Positions 27,406 to 41,526 of a stretch of DNA of 64,000 bases are shown here, one piece after another. This DNA is from the human T2T-CHM13v2.0 reference genome, Homo sapiens. Position 1 is the stretch's first letter. Each line of letters starts with the position of its first letter. The position numbers and the translations under genes were made by a program. Location: the NCBI RefSeq assembly GCF_009914755.1, contig NC_060946.1; one strand, 5' to 3'. The notes under the pieces are model-generated. The model did not search any database and was not told the DNA's origin. It saw nothing but the letters and a program-made list of their open reading frames with translations.

Positions 27406-29622
27406 CAAGATAGCTCTAAAATGCTCCCATGAGTCATGCACTAAGTGTGGAGTGAGGCATCCTACCTGGATTGAGTGGTTCTCTACATGAAGAAGACATC
27501 GATTTGGACACTTCCCCATCCCCCTTCCAGGAATAGACATTTCAGCTTCCAAGTCAACACCGGACTTGAGATTCTCTCCGATTCTCTGTGATCCCAGTGC
27601 CAAATGACCCCATTAGTCAATGAGTTCCAAAAAAAATCAATAGAGAAAATGCTTGGTGAGATCTCTGGGCTGTTGCCAACTCTCCTTTCCATGAACGAAG
27701 AATGGCCACTGGGGAATATCAAACTGAAAATAAGTCATGTTGATAGGGTGTGAACCATTTGCCCAAGCAATTTAAAAAAAAAAAAAAAAAACCTTTTCAA
27801 CCACCCACCCTCAGCTGATCTCCCCTGATTGTTTGGCTCACTTGGCAAAATTGCTTTAAATTGTAGCATTGCAGATGTTGCAGGTGATCCTGGGGTCTGC
27901 TGTTCTCTCCTTCAATTTTTCTCTGGAACTTTCTGCTTAATTCTAGTTAGGGGGTAGAAGTGGGGAAAAAAACTACCCTGCTGTGAGCCCTTCGTGTGGC
28001 AAGAAGTGCCTCGGGGTTTTGCTTTTTCCTTTTTGCACTTGGGAAAGTGGGAGCTCTACGTAGGCTGAGCAGTTGAACAAATAATGAACCTGGACCTCCC
28101 TTCTTTAAGCCCCACGTTCTTTGTTATTTATTTTCACTTGGACAGACCGTGAATGTGGCTTTGGGGGTCCCTGATTTGTGTACTTAATCACCATTCCCAC
28201 AGTGAGGCAGGCAGGTGGCTGGCGGAGAGCAGGTTCACCCTGTGGCTCGGCCTCTCTCCTGCTGGCTGTCCTGGGGCTCCGGTTTTCCCTCTCTGGGGGA
28301 ATTCAAGCCCTGCCTGACATATAAGAGTTGTAATTTGGACATGGAAGGCCTCTGAGGGTCCTTCCAGTTGTGCTGTGCCAGGATGTTTATCCACAAGGTT
28401 GTTGCATACACGGACAACCATCAGCTGAAGCTACAAACACTGCAGAGAACACTTCTGGTTTTAAACCCATCACTGCACCCCAGATGTCCACACCAGGATA
28501 TGAAATGTCCCAGCATGTGGGAGAAGCAGGAAAAACTGGTCACCTTATGGATCTCAGCAGGAGACCCCACAGCCCCTCTGGGACACTGATCCATGCATGG
28601 GGTGCTGTGATGTCTTCCCTGTCTTCAGACCTAGTGTCTCGAAGTTCACCTGTATGTCTTACCCTCCAGGCTGCTCACAGAATGACCTTCCAAACCCAGA
28701 GGCACCGCTGGCATGGATGACAGTTCTAGCATCTGAACCCTGCCCAAGACGGGGCTCCTCAGCATCCTGAGCTGCCCTCAAAATAACACCAGGCTGCGCA
28801 CTCAGGACATCTTGTGAAGGCCAATCAAAATAATGCCAGTGGGAATGCCTCGTCCCGAGGGATCCCTCTATAAACTTAAAGGATGATGGTTCAAATGTTT
28901 CCGCAATAATGAAGGGACTCAAAAGGAACCTACACTCAAAACAGCTGGGGGAAAGTCCAGAAGTTCAATTACACTCTGTTCACTTATGGAAGGGCAGGAG
29001 AAAACCTCATTTATTTTAGCATTTTATGTGGTTTCTGCAAAGTTCTTCTCTGTACCAGGCGAAGAAATATAATACTACCTCATATTTGCAAAGGGTTTTC
29101 CAGTTAACAAAAGACTTTTGCCACCTGCTGGGTTGTGAATTCTACCGCTAGCCTGGGGTGCTGGCCGAGAGGGTGTGTCCTGGAGTTGAGTGTAGGCTGA
29201 AAGAGGAGGTGACTTTCCCAAGGCCACCAAGGTCCAGGCAGATCCAGGGCTTTTGCCATGACTGCTGGACAATCCAAGCTCCTTGGTTTCTAGGATGTTA
29301 AGAGCCAAGTTAATGAGGCTTTAAATGCCCATATTAAAAGATGGTGACAGAAGAGGACAAATTCAATGTCATAATGCATTTGAGGCCCTGAGATCATGAG
29401 AGTGATATTTGCCAGTCAGGGGTCTTCCTGAAATCTCTGTCCTGCCGTCTCCCACTCTCTTCCTGCTTCCTCACCTGCTCCTCCCCAGCCACCATTGCTG
29501 CTTCCTTCTCACCACCCCGAGCCCTGGACACTGATGCCCTGGGCCTGGTCCGTGGACTTCCCTCCTCGATGCTGACGCCTGGGTGCCCTCCTCAGGCTCC
29601 ACACACCCTAGTCACTCCCAGT

Positions 29623-30376
29623 TGATAAATGGAAATAAAATCCTAAACCCCTCAACTGACCGAACAGACCCCCTCTTGGCCAAGGAGTCCCCAGGGAAAC
29701 CTTGAAAACAGAGTTCCCAGCCAGGAAGAGACGGGAGGTCTGTTATGCCAAAGTGTGTCCCTTCTTCATTAACCTTTAACCAGAATGCTTTCCTAAGGAG
29801 TAAGCAGAAACCAGCTCTCGATGACTCTTTCCAAGGAACGGATGACTCCTTCTTTCATCACCTTTAGCCAGTCCTCTGAGTCTGCGCCTGAGCTCCTCTC
29901 CCTCTTTGCAGATGTGACAGTTGGCCAGTTTCACAATGCACCCCTTCCTGACGAGAGACCACCAGCCATGGAGGGGCTCAGGCCAGTCTTCAGGGGATGC
30001 CCAGTGACAGCTTCCGTGTGCTGTGGTTCACCTTTTGACATTAGAGGGCCAAAATCTCCACCTTCGGGTCACCTTAATGCTGCCAGTTTTTGAACATGTG
30101 ATCCCTGAAGAGGTATGAAGCTCAAATGGGCATGGGCATGTATCTCCTGCTCTCATAAATATTCAGGGCTCCTCTCATAGCTTATTGAATATGTATATTC
30201 AGTCTCCCCACTCACTGTACATTCCTGTCTTATGCTTCCCTCCCTCCAAGTGCCTGTTTCCAGCTTATGTCAGAGGCTACGCTTCCCAGCCTGTGGATGG
30301 CCACTTGCAGGCTGCAGCCCTTTACGAGAAAGAAAGCTCTTCCAAATCTCTGAACCTCATGGTTCTTCAGTTGACA
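29623..30376 (+). mobile_element. MER39-like ERV1 solo LTR
   Basis: TG..AAATAAAATCCTAA.CCCCTCAACTGAC.GAACAGACCCCCTCTTGGCCAAGG..CAGTTGACA; flanks CAGT/CAGG. Confidence 0.8.
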
Positions 30377-31038
30377 CAGGAGATCCCTGCAGCACTCCCC
30401 TCTGTCCTTGGCTGGGGGCTTTCACACCACTGGGCATGTTTGTAGACTGGCAGGGCAAGCCCATATTGAGCCCAGAGCACTCAGCAAATGGCCCAGGTGC
30501 CACCTGTGAGTCCCAATCTTCTTTGCCCTAAGGGAGTCGGGCTGCTCCTCCCCCATGGTTTCCCTTGCAGTGGCACCTTGGGGACCTTGGCTCTGGAGGG
30601 CAAGAGATGAAGGAAGACCAGCCCCGGTGGACGGCGTGGGGAGAAGTAAGTCTTGTTACATTGGCGCTGACATGCTAAGTTGTACATTTCTGCCCCAGAG
30701 TCTGCCCATCCTGCTGAAGGCATGCTCGGTGAGGCCACGACCCTGCCCAGACAAAACCCACTCTCCTCTCAGACTTTTCCACTCAGCTCTGAGAAGCAAA
30801 CCTGGGGGTCGGCTGTTTCCTCCCTGTTTCTCACTCACGTCGAATCCAGCAGCAATGCTGATGGCACTGTCCCCACCGCATTAGTCAGATCCTGCTCCTT
30901 CTCACACCATTGTCCTGCCAACACCTAGCCGAGCCACCCTCATCTGTCCTCCAGCCTCCCAGGGCTCTTATAAGCAAGCCACTGTCCATTCAGCTCTTTA
31001 GGAAAGTTGATCTGATGAGGCCAACTGCAGTGCATTCT

Positions 31039-32232
31039 TGTGATTCTACCTTGTCTCAGCGTGCATTCTGAATATAGGTGTAACTCTCACACCAGAAGCA
31101 AAGCTCAGTCACCCTCTCCCGGAGTTCCAGTTCTCCATCTCCTCCCAGTTCCTCAAGGCAGTCGATCAAGATGTCTGCCTTATACCACCACCTGCCAGGG
31201 GGCCGTGCCCTACAGGACAGCTGAATACAACCCAAGGACCCCCACCCCCACATGCACTGTGCAGGTCTACACAGCAGTGAACCCACCCCCACATGCACTG
31301 TGCAGGTCTACACAGCAGTGAACCCACCCCCACATGCACTGTGCAGGTCTACGCAGCAGTGACCCCCACCCCCACATGCACTGTGCAGGTCTACACAGCA
31401 GTGAACCCACCCCCACATGCACTGTGCAGGTCTACGCAGCAGTGACCCCCACCCCCACATGCACTGTGCAGGTCTACGCAGCAGTGACCCCCACCCCCAC
31501 ATGCACTGTGCAGGTCTACGCAGCAGTGAACCCACCCCCACATGCACTGTGCAGGTCTACACAGCAGTGAACCCACCCCCACATGCACTGTGCAGGTCTA
31601 CGCAGCAGTGACCCCCATCTGCCATCTCATGATCCCACAGAACTCCTGCCTGCTCCAAACCCACCAATTAGAACTCCCTATGGGAAACCTGCCCCGGTAA
31701 TCTCTTTGATTCCAAAGAAGGCTTTAGTCCTGCAGGTCTCTCTCTCTCTCCCTCTCCACCCCCGACCACCTGCTGGTTGAGCTCCCTGCCATCTCCAGAC
31801 TTCCCGCAGTTCCTTGCAGGGGTGGTGGGGGGCTTTCTCTGTGGACCTGGGAGTGATAAACCGCTTCTGTTATTTCATGTGTTCTGTTGTGCTGTCTCCC
31901 CCGTGGCCCACCTGACCAACGCACCCAGACCTAACTCTCTGCCGGCCAGGGCTCTCCTAGGGAGTGGCGGTCTTGGTGGGAATAAATTGGACACAGGTCG
32001 GACAAGAGCCAAAGGGCGTCTGCCAGGGTAAACGAGTTTCCTGTGAGAGGGACACCTGATCACAGTCAGACACTGAGGCATCAGACCGTGTGTCAGGATA
32101 AAGAAGTATCCCTGAGAGATGCACTGTGACACCCACAGCCACCTGCCCTTGAGCTCCACCAGGGCAGGGCTAGAGTTCACAGCCACCCTCCAGAGAGGGG
32201 CCTCCCAGCCAACTCAGAGGAAAATATAAAAC
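31039..32232 (+). mobile_element. MER54-like ERVL solo LTR carrying a VNTR
   Basis: TGTGATTCTACCTTG..ACCAGAAGCA..CCCACCAATTAGAACTCCC..GGACACAGGTC.GACAAGAGCC..CAGGATAAAGAAGTATCCC. Confidence 0.75.
31237..31617. repeat. 41/42-bp minisatellite, 9 copies plus a partial
   Basis: GA(CCCCC/ACCC)ACCCCCACATGCACTGTGCAGGTCTAC(A/G)CAGCAGT at 31237, 31279, 31320, 31361, 31403, 31444, 31486, 31528, 31569. Confidence 0.98.
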
Positions 32233-32754
32233 CAGTGTAAAACTTCCTCATGCTTCTGCCAGCCCTGCTCACCTGGTGCTCACCCTGCAGCTGGGAGGGC
32301 AAGTACCATAAGTCACTGGGCCCGGAATGCTGGGCAGAGGGGGCCTCGGAGAGGCTGAGCTGAATGCCAGGCCTGTGGGGCTGAACTACACCATCGCTTA
32401 TGAATTAAAACCCCTTCATCGGTGCAATGTCCACTGGGCACCGTGTACAGGGCCTGGCCTCAGCCGTGGGTTCAGGCGAGAAGACACAGGTTTCCCTTAG
32501 GAAATCCTGAGCCTGGTGCATTTGATAAGTAGTCAGGTCCATATGGATTTTTCCCCCAAAAAACAATTGAGAAGATGTGGTAATTTGCCCACCACACAAA
32601 ATCGAGAACTTGTTCAACCCTGGGCCATCCCTGCAGGCTCAGGGGGCTGTCAGGTTTGTAACAACAAAGTGAGGGGAACGCCCTTGGTGCAGCTGATGCT
32701 GTTTCGATCAGCCCACTCTCTTTGACTAACGTGTGGAACAAGAACTCCAGGCAC

Positions 32755-33010
32755 CGTGTTAATTTTCACATTATGGTAACCAATTGGATTAATTTGTATT
32801 GAATAGATATCATCCTTTGATGGATCCCCTTGTTGAAATTAAAATTCCAGATTAATCCAAAGGAAAATGCCATGAGTAATCGGATTTCCAGTGGAAATGG
32901 AAGCGGCGCCTGAGTCATTGAGAAGCTTCCCGATTAGGAGCCATCAGGCCCTGATTCATATCAGACATAAAGTGATGCAATTAGAAACCCTCACACCTAA
33001 TTACCCATCA
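32755..33010. promoter_or_regulatory. Candidate developmental enhancer (K50 homeodomain, TCF/LEF, AP-1, C/EBP-ATF, T-box motifs)
   Basis: GGATTA/TAATCC, CCTTTGAT 32814, TGAGTCA 32911, TGATGCAAT 32973, TCACACCTAATTA 32991. Confidence 0.5.
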
Positions 33011-33340
33011 GAGCAAACGTGCCGTCGTGTGACACTGAGCCCACGGAGGTGTTGAAAGAGCCGTCACCCGAAGGAAACGAAAGCATTGAGGGTCGTCTCT
33101 CAAGACAGAGCATTTCAGAAACAGACCATGGCCGGGGAAGGGGCCACATGAGCTGCCAACAGCCCGGTGAGCACCCAGTATTTCAGTCCTCTCTTCACTC
33201 ATTGAGCACATCTGGCCCGACCATGGGCTGCGGACAAGATGTGAGATTTTAGGAAAAAGAATAATTTTCCCTCGACCCATCTGAGTTTTCAGCTGTGATG
33301 CCTGTAACAAAAGAAAGAACAGCAAGAGAAAAATAAACCC

Positions 33341-33755
<415 letters not shown>

Positions 33756-34403
33756 ACTACAGAGAGAGCCGCTGCCTCTGGAGCTCAGATAGACAGTGAC
33801 TCTGTGGTGGCCTGGACATCTTAGGTGACCGTGCCTGTCCCTGCCTCTGTGGACCATTTCCATGTTGACAGCCTGGAGTCTTTCCTGACCTCTTGGGAGA
33901 ATCGGCTTATACTGCTCTGTGTCCTCATACATCTGGACCTGCCTCTGCAGGAACCTCCTCAGTTCTGATAGCGAGATGCTCCCTGCTTCTGAAGTTCAAG
34001 GAAGGCCCTAAGCTTTTCTGATACCTTGCCCTCAAGCTCTAACCTTGTAGCATGTGGAACTCCCCGGGCCCCCATGGAGATGGGGCATCAGGCTGTGGCC
34101 GGGCGTCTGTCTGGAAGATGGGTGAGGGAGAGGCTCGGTCGGCCAGTGCCCCTGAGAGCTCACAAAGATGGCCCTGAGCACAGGGACCCGGTCATCTTAC
34201 CTTATTCACCTCAGGAGAATGCAAGCTGCATGGGCAGGGAATGGCCCAGTGGCCACTGCACTGCGTGATTGCAACAAGTCCTAGCTGGATGAATGGTTTT
34301 GGTAGCCCAGGATACCAATTGGAGAGACGTTAACAATAAGAGGTATAGCCTTGAGGCATAAGGCTCTGCTTCTGCCCTGTAAATTTGGAATCATAAACCC
34401 AGC

Positions 34404-35176
34404 TGTTATGGACTGAACTGTGTTGCCCAAAATTCATAACTGCCAGGACCTCAGAAGATGACTGTGTCTGGAGACAGGGTCTTTACAGGGGTGGTATGGC
34501 GGGATGTTTGTCCCCTCCAAGTCTCATGTTGAAATGAGATGATTCCCAGTGTTGAGATGGGACCTGGTGGGAGGTGATGGGGTCATGGGGGCCGATCCCT
34601 CATGAACGGCTCTGTGCTGCCCGCGCTGTCATTAGTGAGTTCCGGCTCTGAGTTCACGTGCGCTCTCGTTGTTTACGAGAGTGTGGTGCCTCCCTCCCCT
34701 CTCTGGCTCTTGCCATGTGATGCACTGGCTTCCCCTTGGCTTGTGCCATGAGCGGGAGCTCCCTGAGGCCTCACCAGGAGCAGATGCTGACGCCATGTGT
34801 GTGCAGCCAGCAGATCGTGAGTCAATTCAACCTCTTTTCTCTATACATTACCTGCTCTCAGGTATTCCTTCATAGCATTACAACAGTGGCCTCACGTAAC
34901 CTGCGATTGAGGTTAAATGAGGTTGTTAGAGTGGGCCTTGGTCCAGCCTGCCTGGAATCCTCATAAGAAGAAAAGATTAGGAGACAGACACACAAAGAGT
35001 GGCCTGTGTGTGGACACAGGGAGAAGGCGACATCTACGAACCAAGGAGGCCTCAGGAGAAACCAACCCTGCCCACGCCCTGGCCTCCGACTTTCAGCCTC
35101 CAGAACTGTCAGATAGTGAGTCCCTGTTGTCTGTGCTGCCCGGTGGTGCCGGGTTAAGGCAGCCTGAATTAATACA
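34404..35176 (+). mobile_element. MLT1B-like MaLR LTR split by MSTB
   Basis: TGTTATGGACTGAACTGTG..GGAGACAGGGTCTTT; resumes GAGGCCTCAGGAGAAACCAACCCTGCC..CAGCCTCCAGAACTGT..TAATACA. Confidence 0.8.
34492..34898 (+). mobile_element. MSTB-like MaLR LTR
   Basis: GGATGTTTGTCCCCTCCAA.TCTCATGTTGAAAT..CCTGAGGCCTCACCAG.AGCAGATGCTG. Confidence 0.85.
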
Positions 35177-36404
35177 GCACGTGCAGGGTCCTGGTGACAT
35201 CACCGCCATGCCACGCTGTAGGTCGTTCGGTGCTGGACACGCTCTGAGGAGCAGTGCAGAGCTGGTGTCTGCAGCTGGAAGAAGCAGTGCCCCTTCTGCC
35301 CCCAGGGCTGCTCTCTCTGAAGTGCGGCTCAGAGCACCCTGGGGACGGGGTTTGTCCCTGCATTCTCCACGCGACTGGCACAGGGCTCCACACGCTCCCA
35401 GACCAGCAGAATTCCAAGTGATTGGAAGGTAGGTGCTTGCCAGGTTCTGGTCAGCTCCCTGGCCCTCCGTGGTTGACTTCACAAAGTGCTGCATTGGGTA
35501 GAGAGCCGCTTGGTGGGGGGAAGGTTGCCAGCTCCCTCTGAGTGGAACCTCTGACCTCATGCAGTTTTTATCTTCTTTTTTTCAAAGACATTGTCAAACC
35601 CTAGAATATGCATTGGTTTTCATTTGAACCCCAAATGTGCAGAATTTTGACACACTGTCACCCGAATGCCCACTTGACAGCAGGCACTAAGATTATGGAG
35701 CCGGCAGAGTGTGGGGGTGCCAAGGAGGTTCCCCGGGTTACCCTGTGTTTTAGTGCTATTAACATGATTGGAAATTGATAATAACGATGCTGGTGACACC
35801 ATCAGTGCTGATGTCTTCCACTTCTGCTTCGCACTGGGCCCTGGCCTGGGTGCTTTCTATCCTTTCATGAATGCTTGCAATGGCCTTGAATGAGAGGGTC
35901 CCTGGTTTACAGCAGAGGAGACCAGTGTCCTTTGGGATGAAGTGACCTGCCCAAGAACAAGGTGAAGTAACTGTTAAGCTCACCTTGTAAGCTCACCTAA
36001 GTAACTGCCCACGGTCACACAGCTTGGACGGTCCCATCCAGCACAAGGAGTGGCACCAAAACTCATCCTTCTTCCCAGCATCCCCAAGTGCTGACTTGTT
36101 ATGAATTTGCTAATTAAACCCTCCTATCTGGTGTGCTCTCGTGCTGCATCAGGCAGATGAATGGCAGAATCCAAATCGTTCAAGCCATCTGCTCCCAAAA
36201 TCTGTCCTTTTCATTTTCCATCAACTCTGCATTCATTTCCTGTTCACTTGACAGGAGCAGCAGCAAGGGCCTGTCCATCATCCCCAACCACCAGCCCCTC
36301 CTGCTTACAGACCCTCTCAGGCAATTACCTAAACACGCCAGGCAAGAGTTCCTAGAATGAACCAGGCCTTGTTGGTTGTAAGTGACAGAAAGCACAAGAG
36401 TATG

Positions 36405-36600
36405 CTGATGTGGCTCCCCGTGGAACACTGGCAATGTCTAGAGACATTTCTGATGGTCACACCTGGTGGAGGTGCTATTGGTCTCTGGTGGGTGGACACC
36501 AGGTGGAGACCAGGGGTGCTGCTCAGAATCCTCCTAGGCCCAGGACAGCTGCCTCAGCAAAATATTTGCCCCACGTATCTGTGGTGCCAAGGTATAGGAG
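36405..36600 (+). mobile_element. MER20 hAT-Charlie MITE
   Basis: TGGCAATGTCTAGAGACATTT.TGATGGTCAC..GGTGCTA.TGG..CAGGACAGC..GTGCCAAGGT. Confidence 0.8.
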
Positions 36601-36734
36601 GTTTAGTGAACTCACCCAGGGATCCTCAATACAGACCAAGCATCAATAGTGACTGATGCTGGGTGGGAGATATTTATGTTCTTATTTGGATTTATGCGCA
36701 TTTCAATTTTTAATACTGAAAATATATTATTTTA

Positions 36735-37073
<339 letters not shown>

Positions 37074-37075
37074 TA

Positions 37076-37372
<297 letters not shown>

Positions 37373-39060
37373 TCATGAGTTCCGGGGCTAGAGTGCATTG
37401 CGTTTTGATGTGGGAGATTGCAGGGTGCAGAGCAGTTCCCTTCCTGGTGTGTCAGGAGACCCTTGGCAGCAGACGAGTGACCCGGTCCCTGACCAGACAC
37501 TAACCCTCCCCCAGGTCCTCAGGCGCTCAGTCCTCCTATGGCCCTGGCCACCTGTTGTGTGACAGCCCGCAGAAGACCCATGTCTGACCTACGCTGCCCT
37601 GGCACTGCTGTGGGGCCTGGTTGCAGAGTATTTTGCCCATAGAGACACTGAGTCCATGCACCTGACCTCACTCCCAGGCTCTGTGTGGGCTTAGACAACT
37701 GCAGGTGGATGGAGCCTGAACCAAGCCCCACAAGCTCCTTAAAGAGCAGCTAAAATTGACTTAGCTTCTGCACCGACCAGGGCACTCCCTATGGCCACAG
37801 AGTGTCCTGTGCCTCCAGGAAACAGTGTATTGGTGAGAAATGCTTCTAAATGCCCTAAATAATTCGTATTGCTAATTCTTGGGGGCCTTGACAGCAGTTT
37901 CGCTTTTCTGAACATTTACCTACCTGGCAAGTTTCCGAGTAAAGTTGGTGTCAGAGTAGAAGACCAAGACTGGTATCCCCTCTTCCCTCCTCTCCCATGA
38001 GGCTCGTTTCTATCAGACCCACTTGGACTTGCTTTCTACCTTGTTTCCATGGTTATTTTATGATGGTCGGACTGATATAAAACACTTCAAAACCCACATC
38101 GGTAGTGGCCCCAGGGCACACAATGCCTCAAAAACTCCCTCTCCTTTAGCAAGGTATATTTTAACTTATTGCTGTTGAAATGCATTCTGGAAATGGCATT
38201 CGAAGCAGAAAGGGTCATTTGTCTTCAAGGCAGATAAGGAGAGAGATGTCTGACCACGAGGGCTTAGAAATGCCGCTCCTCCCTCCTATGCACCTGCCTT
38301 TTCCCGAAGAGTCCCTCCTCTGTCTCCTCCTTAAGGCAGCTGACCTTGTTCAGCAGGAATGTCCTGGCTGCCGTGGCTTCTGCTGTGTGATTAGCGGTTG
38401 TCATCCACCCTGCCTCCCCCGTGGAGAGGCCAGGCCACTCTCTCGTCAGAGAACCTGAGGCCCCTCCTCAATCCTCCATGCATTTGACACCAAACACATG
38501 CTAAGCTCCTGTTATCCCACTGCACACCAGGTACCGCACCTGAGCAGGTACTGCACCTGAACACTCAGATACAGGGAGGCAGGATCATCCAGGAAAATGC
38601 AACATAGCAGAGGCTGAGAACTTTCCTTGCTTGGAAACATGTGAATTTCACACGTTTTGCTTCCATGTGCCTCACTTGTCTTTTTTTCTTTTAAGACTAA
38701 TTTTTAGAGCAGTCTTAGGTTCATGGTAAAATGAAACTGATGGTACAGAGAGTTCCCCTTTCTTCTGTGCCCCCAGATATCCACAGCCTCCCTCACTATC
38801 AGCTTCCCCAACCATGGTAGTTTGTACATTTTCATTGTGATTGCTGGACCTCTATTGAAACGTCCTCACCCAGAGTTCATTGTTTATATGAACATTCACC
38901 CTCGGTCTTGAGCATTCCATGGGTTTTGACAAATGCATAATGGCGTGTGCCCACCACTGCAGTGTCAGACAGCATAGTTTCACTGCCCAGGAAATCTTGT
39001 TTTTCTCTTAGTCAACCCTCTCCCAATCCCCAACCTCTGACAACTCTTGATCCTATTTTA

Positions 39061-39336
39061 TAATTATTTTATTTTTTAAGAGATGGGATCTCACTCTGTT
39101 ATCCAGGCTGGGGTGCAGTGGTGCAATCATAGCTCACTGCAGCCTTGAACTCCTGGCCTCAGGTGATCCTCCTGCCTCAGCCTTCCAAGTAGCTGGGATT
39201 ACAGACGTGCACCACTATAACTGGCTAATTTTTAAAAATTATTTTTGTAAAGATGGGGTCTCACCATGTTGCCCAGGCTGGTCTTGAATTCTTGGCCTAA
39301 AGAAGTCTGCCCACCTTGGCCTCCCAAAACTCTGGG
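39061..39336 (-). mobile_element. AluJ
   Basis: GCAATCATAGCTCACTGCAGCCTTGAACTCCTGG diagnostic of AluJ. Confidence 0.9.
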
Positions 39337-39670
39337 CTCTGATCCTTTTATTGTATCCATTTCCAGCATGTCATATAGTTGAACTCATACAGCATGTAGC
39401 CTTTTTAGACTGGCTCCTTTCACTTATTAATATGTATTTAAGTTTCCTCCATATCTCTTTATGGCTTAAGAGCTGATTTCTTTTTAGCACTGCATAATAT
39501 TCCATTTTCTGGATGCTCCAAAATGTATTTACGCATCCATTGGCTGAAGGATGCCTTGGTTGCTTCCATGTTTTAGTGATTGTGAATAAAGCTGCTATAA
39601 ACATCAGTATGCAGGTTTTTGGGTGGACATAACTTTTCAATGAATTTGGATAAAATACCAAGGACTGTGA

Positions 39671-40301
<631 letters not shown>

Positions 40302-40420
40302 TGAACGCCTGAGGAGAGGTCTTCAGCCCAACCTGGGACCCCCTTGGGGACTTCCTAGAAGGGCAATGCCCAAGCTGAGTCTTGGAGAATGAGAGGAGTT
40401 AAGTATCTGCTTTGATTTCT

Positions 40421-40730
40421 TTTTTTTTTTTTTTTTTTTTTGAGATGGAGTCTCGCTGTGACACCAGGCTGGAATGCTGTGGCATGATCTTGGCTCACTG
40501 CAACTTCTGCCTCCTGGTTCAAGTGATTCTCCTGCCTCAGCCTCCCGAGTAGCTGGGATTACAGGCGTGTGCTACCACTAAATTTACAGGCGTGTGCCCA
40601 GCTAAATTTTGTATTTTTAGTAGAGACAGGGTTTCACCATGTTGGTCAGGCTGGTCTCCTGACCTCGTGATCCGCCCACCTTGGCCTCCCAAAATGCTGG
40701 GATTACAGGCATGAGCCTCTGCACCTGGCC
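40421..40730 (-). mobile_element. AluS with a short internal duplication
   Basis: TSD TTTGATTTCT; TTACAGGCGTGTGC occurs twice. Confidence 0.95.
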
Positions 40731-41526
40731 TTTGATTTCTGCTTCATTTGCCAAGGCCCCTCCTCTAATTTCCTTGGGGCTTCATTCAGTATTTAGGTCT
40801 AGCCTTAGAAATGGTACATTTCCGCTCAATTTTCAAGACCGGCTTCCACACCAATGCCCTGAAAGTTTCCCTGTCCCCGGCCTGGGCAGTGTCCCCACGC
40901 TCTGGGCTTCTATGCACTTTGCCTTTGCTTCCCTTTCTTTCCGCATCAGCATCACACTCACAAACATCAATCTTCCTTTCTAGGTCTGAGCTACAATGGG
41001 TGGGGACAGAGACCACAGCCCAGCCTGTAACACTCACCGCACAGCTCAGACAGGTCCAGGCCACAGAGACTGGGGACCTCTCTGCCTCAACAGGCTTAGC
41101 TCTACCCTGCCTTTGACATTTATCGGCTCAAGAGAAAAGAGCTCCTTGCAGACCCGACGCAGGCACAGAGCGATCTGGGTGGGGTCAGGTGGCGGAGGAT
41201 GACCAGCAGGGGCCGTCGCCACACATGCTGGGTGCACAGCCCAGGCAGACGGGCAATCAGCATTTCCAGACTCTCATTAATTGAGTCCATGTTTTTCATA
41301 TCTCAAGTCATGTCTGTCAATTTTAAGTCCTAATTGTTTCCCTTGAGTAACTGCAGAATGTACTTTCCCCAAAAAGTAAAACTAAGTGTAATACATCTTT
41401 CATTTTTCATGTTAACTGGAAATTTTTTCTTAAAATGATAATAGAGACAAGGAACTCTCCTCTCAGCAGAGATGAGGAAGGCCAGGCTGTTTTCTGGGAG
41501 GAGGGAATAAGGTCTTAATAATGAAA

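Noticed and set aside
31237-31617. CRISPR-like regular array (also 44430-44741, 47652-47938, 54479-54747)
   Set aside because: Head-to-tail units with no unique spacers, no cas genes, and a primate repeat context; these are minisatellites
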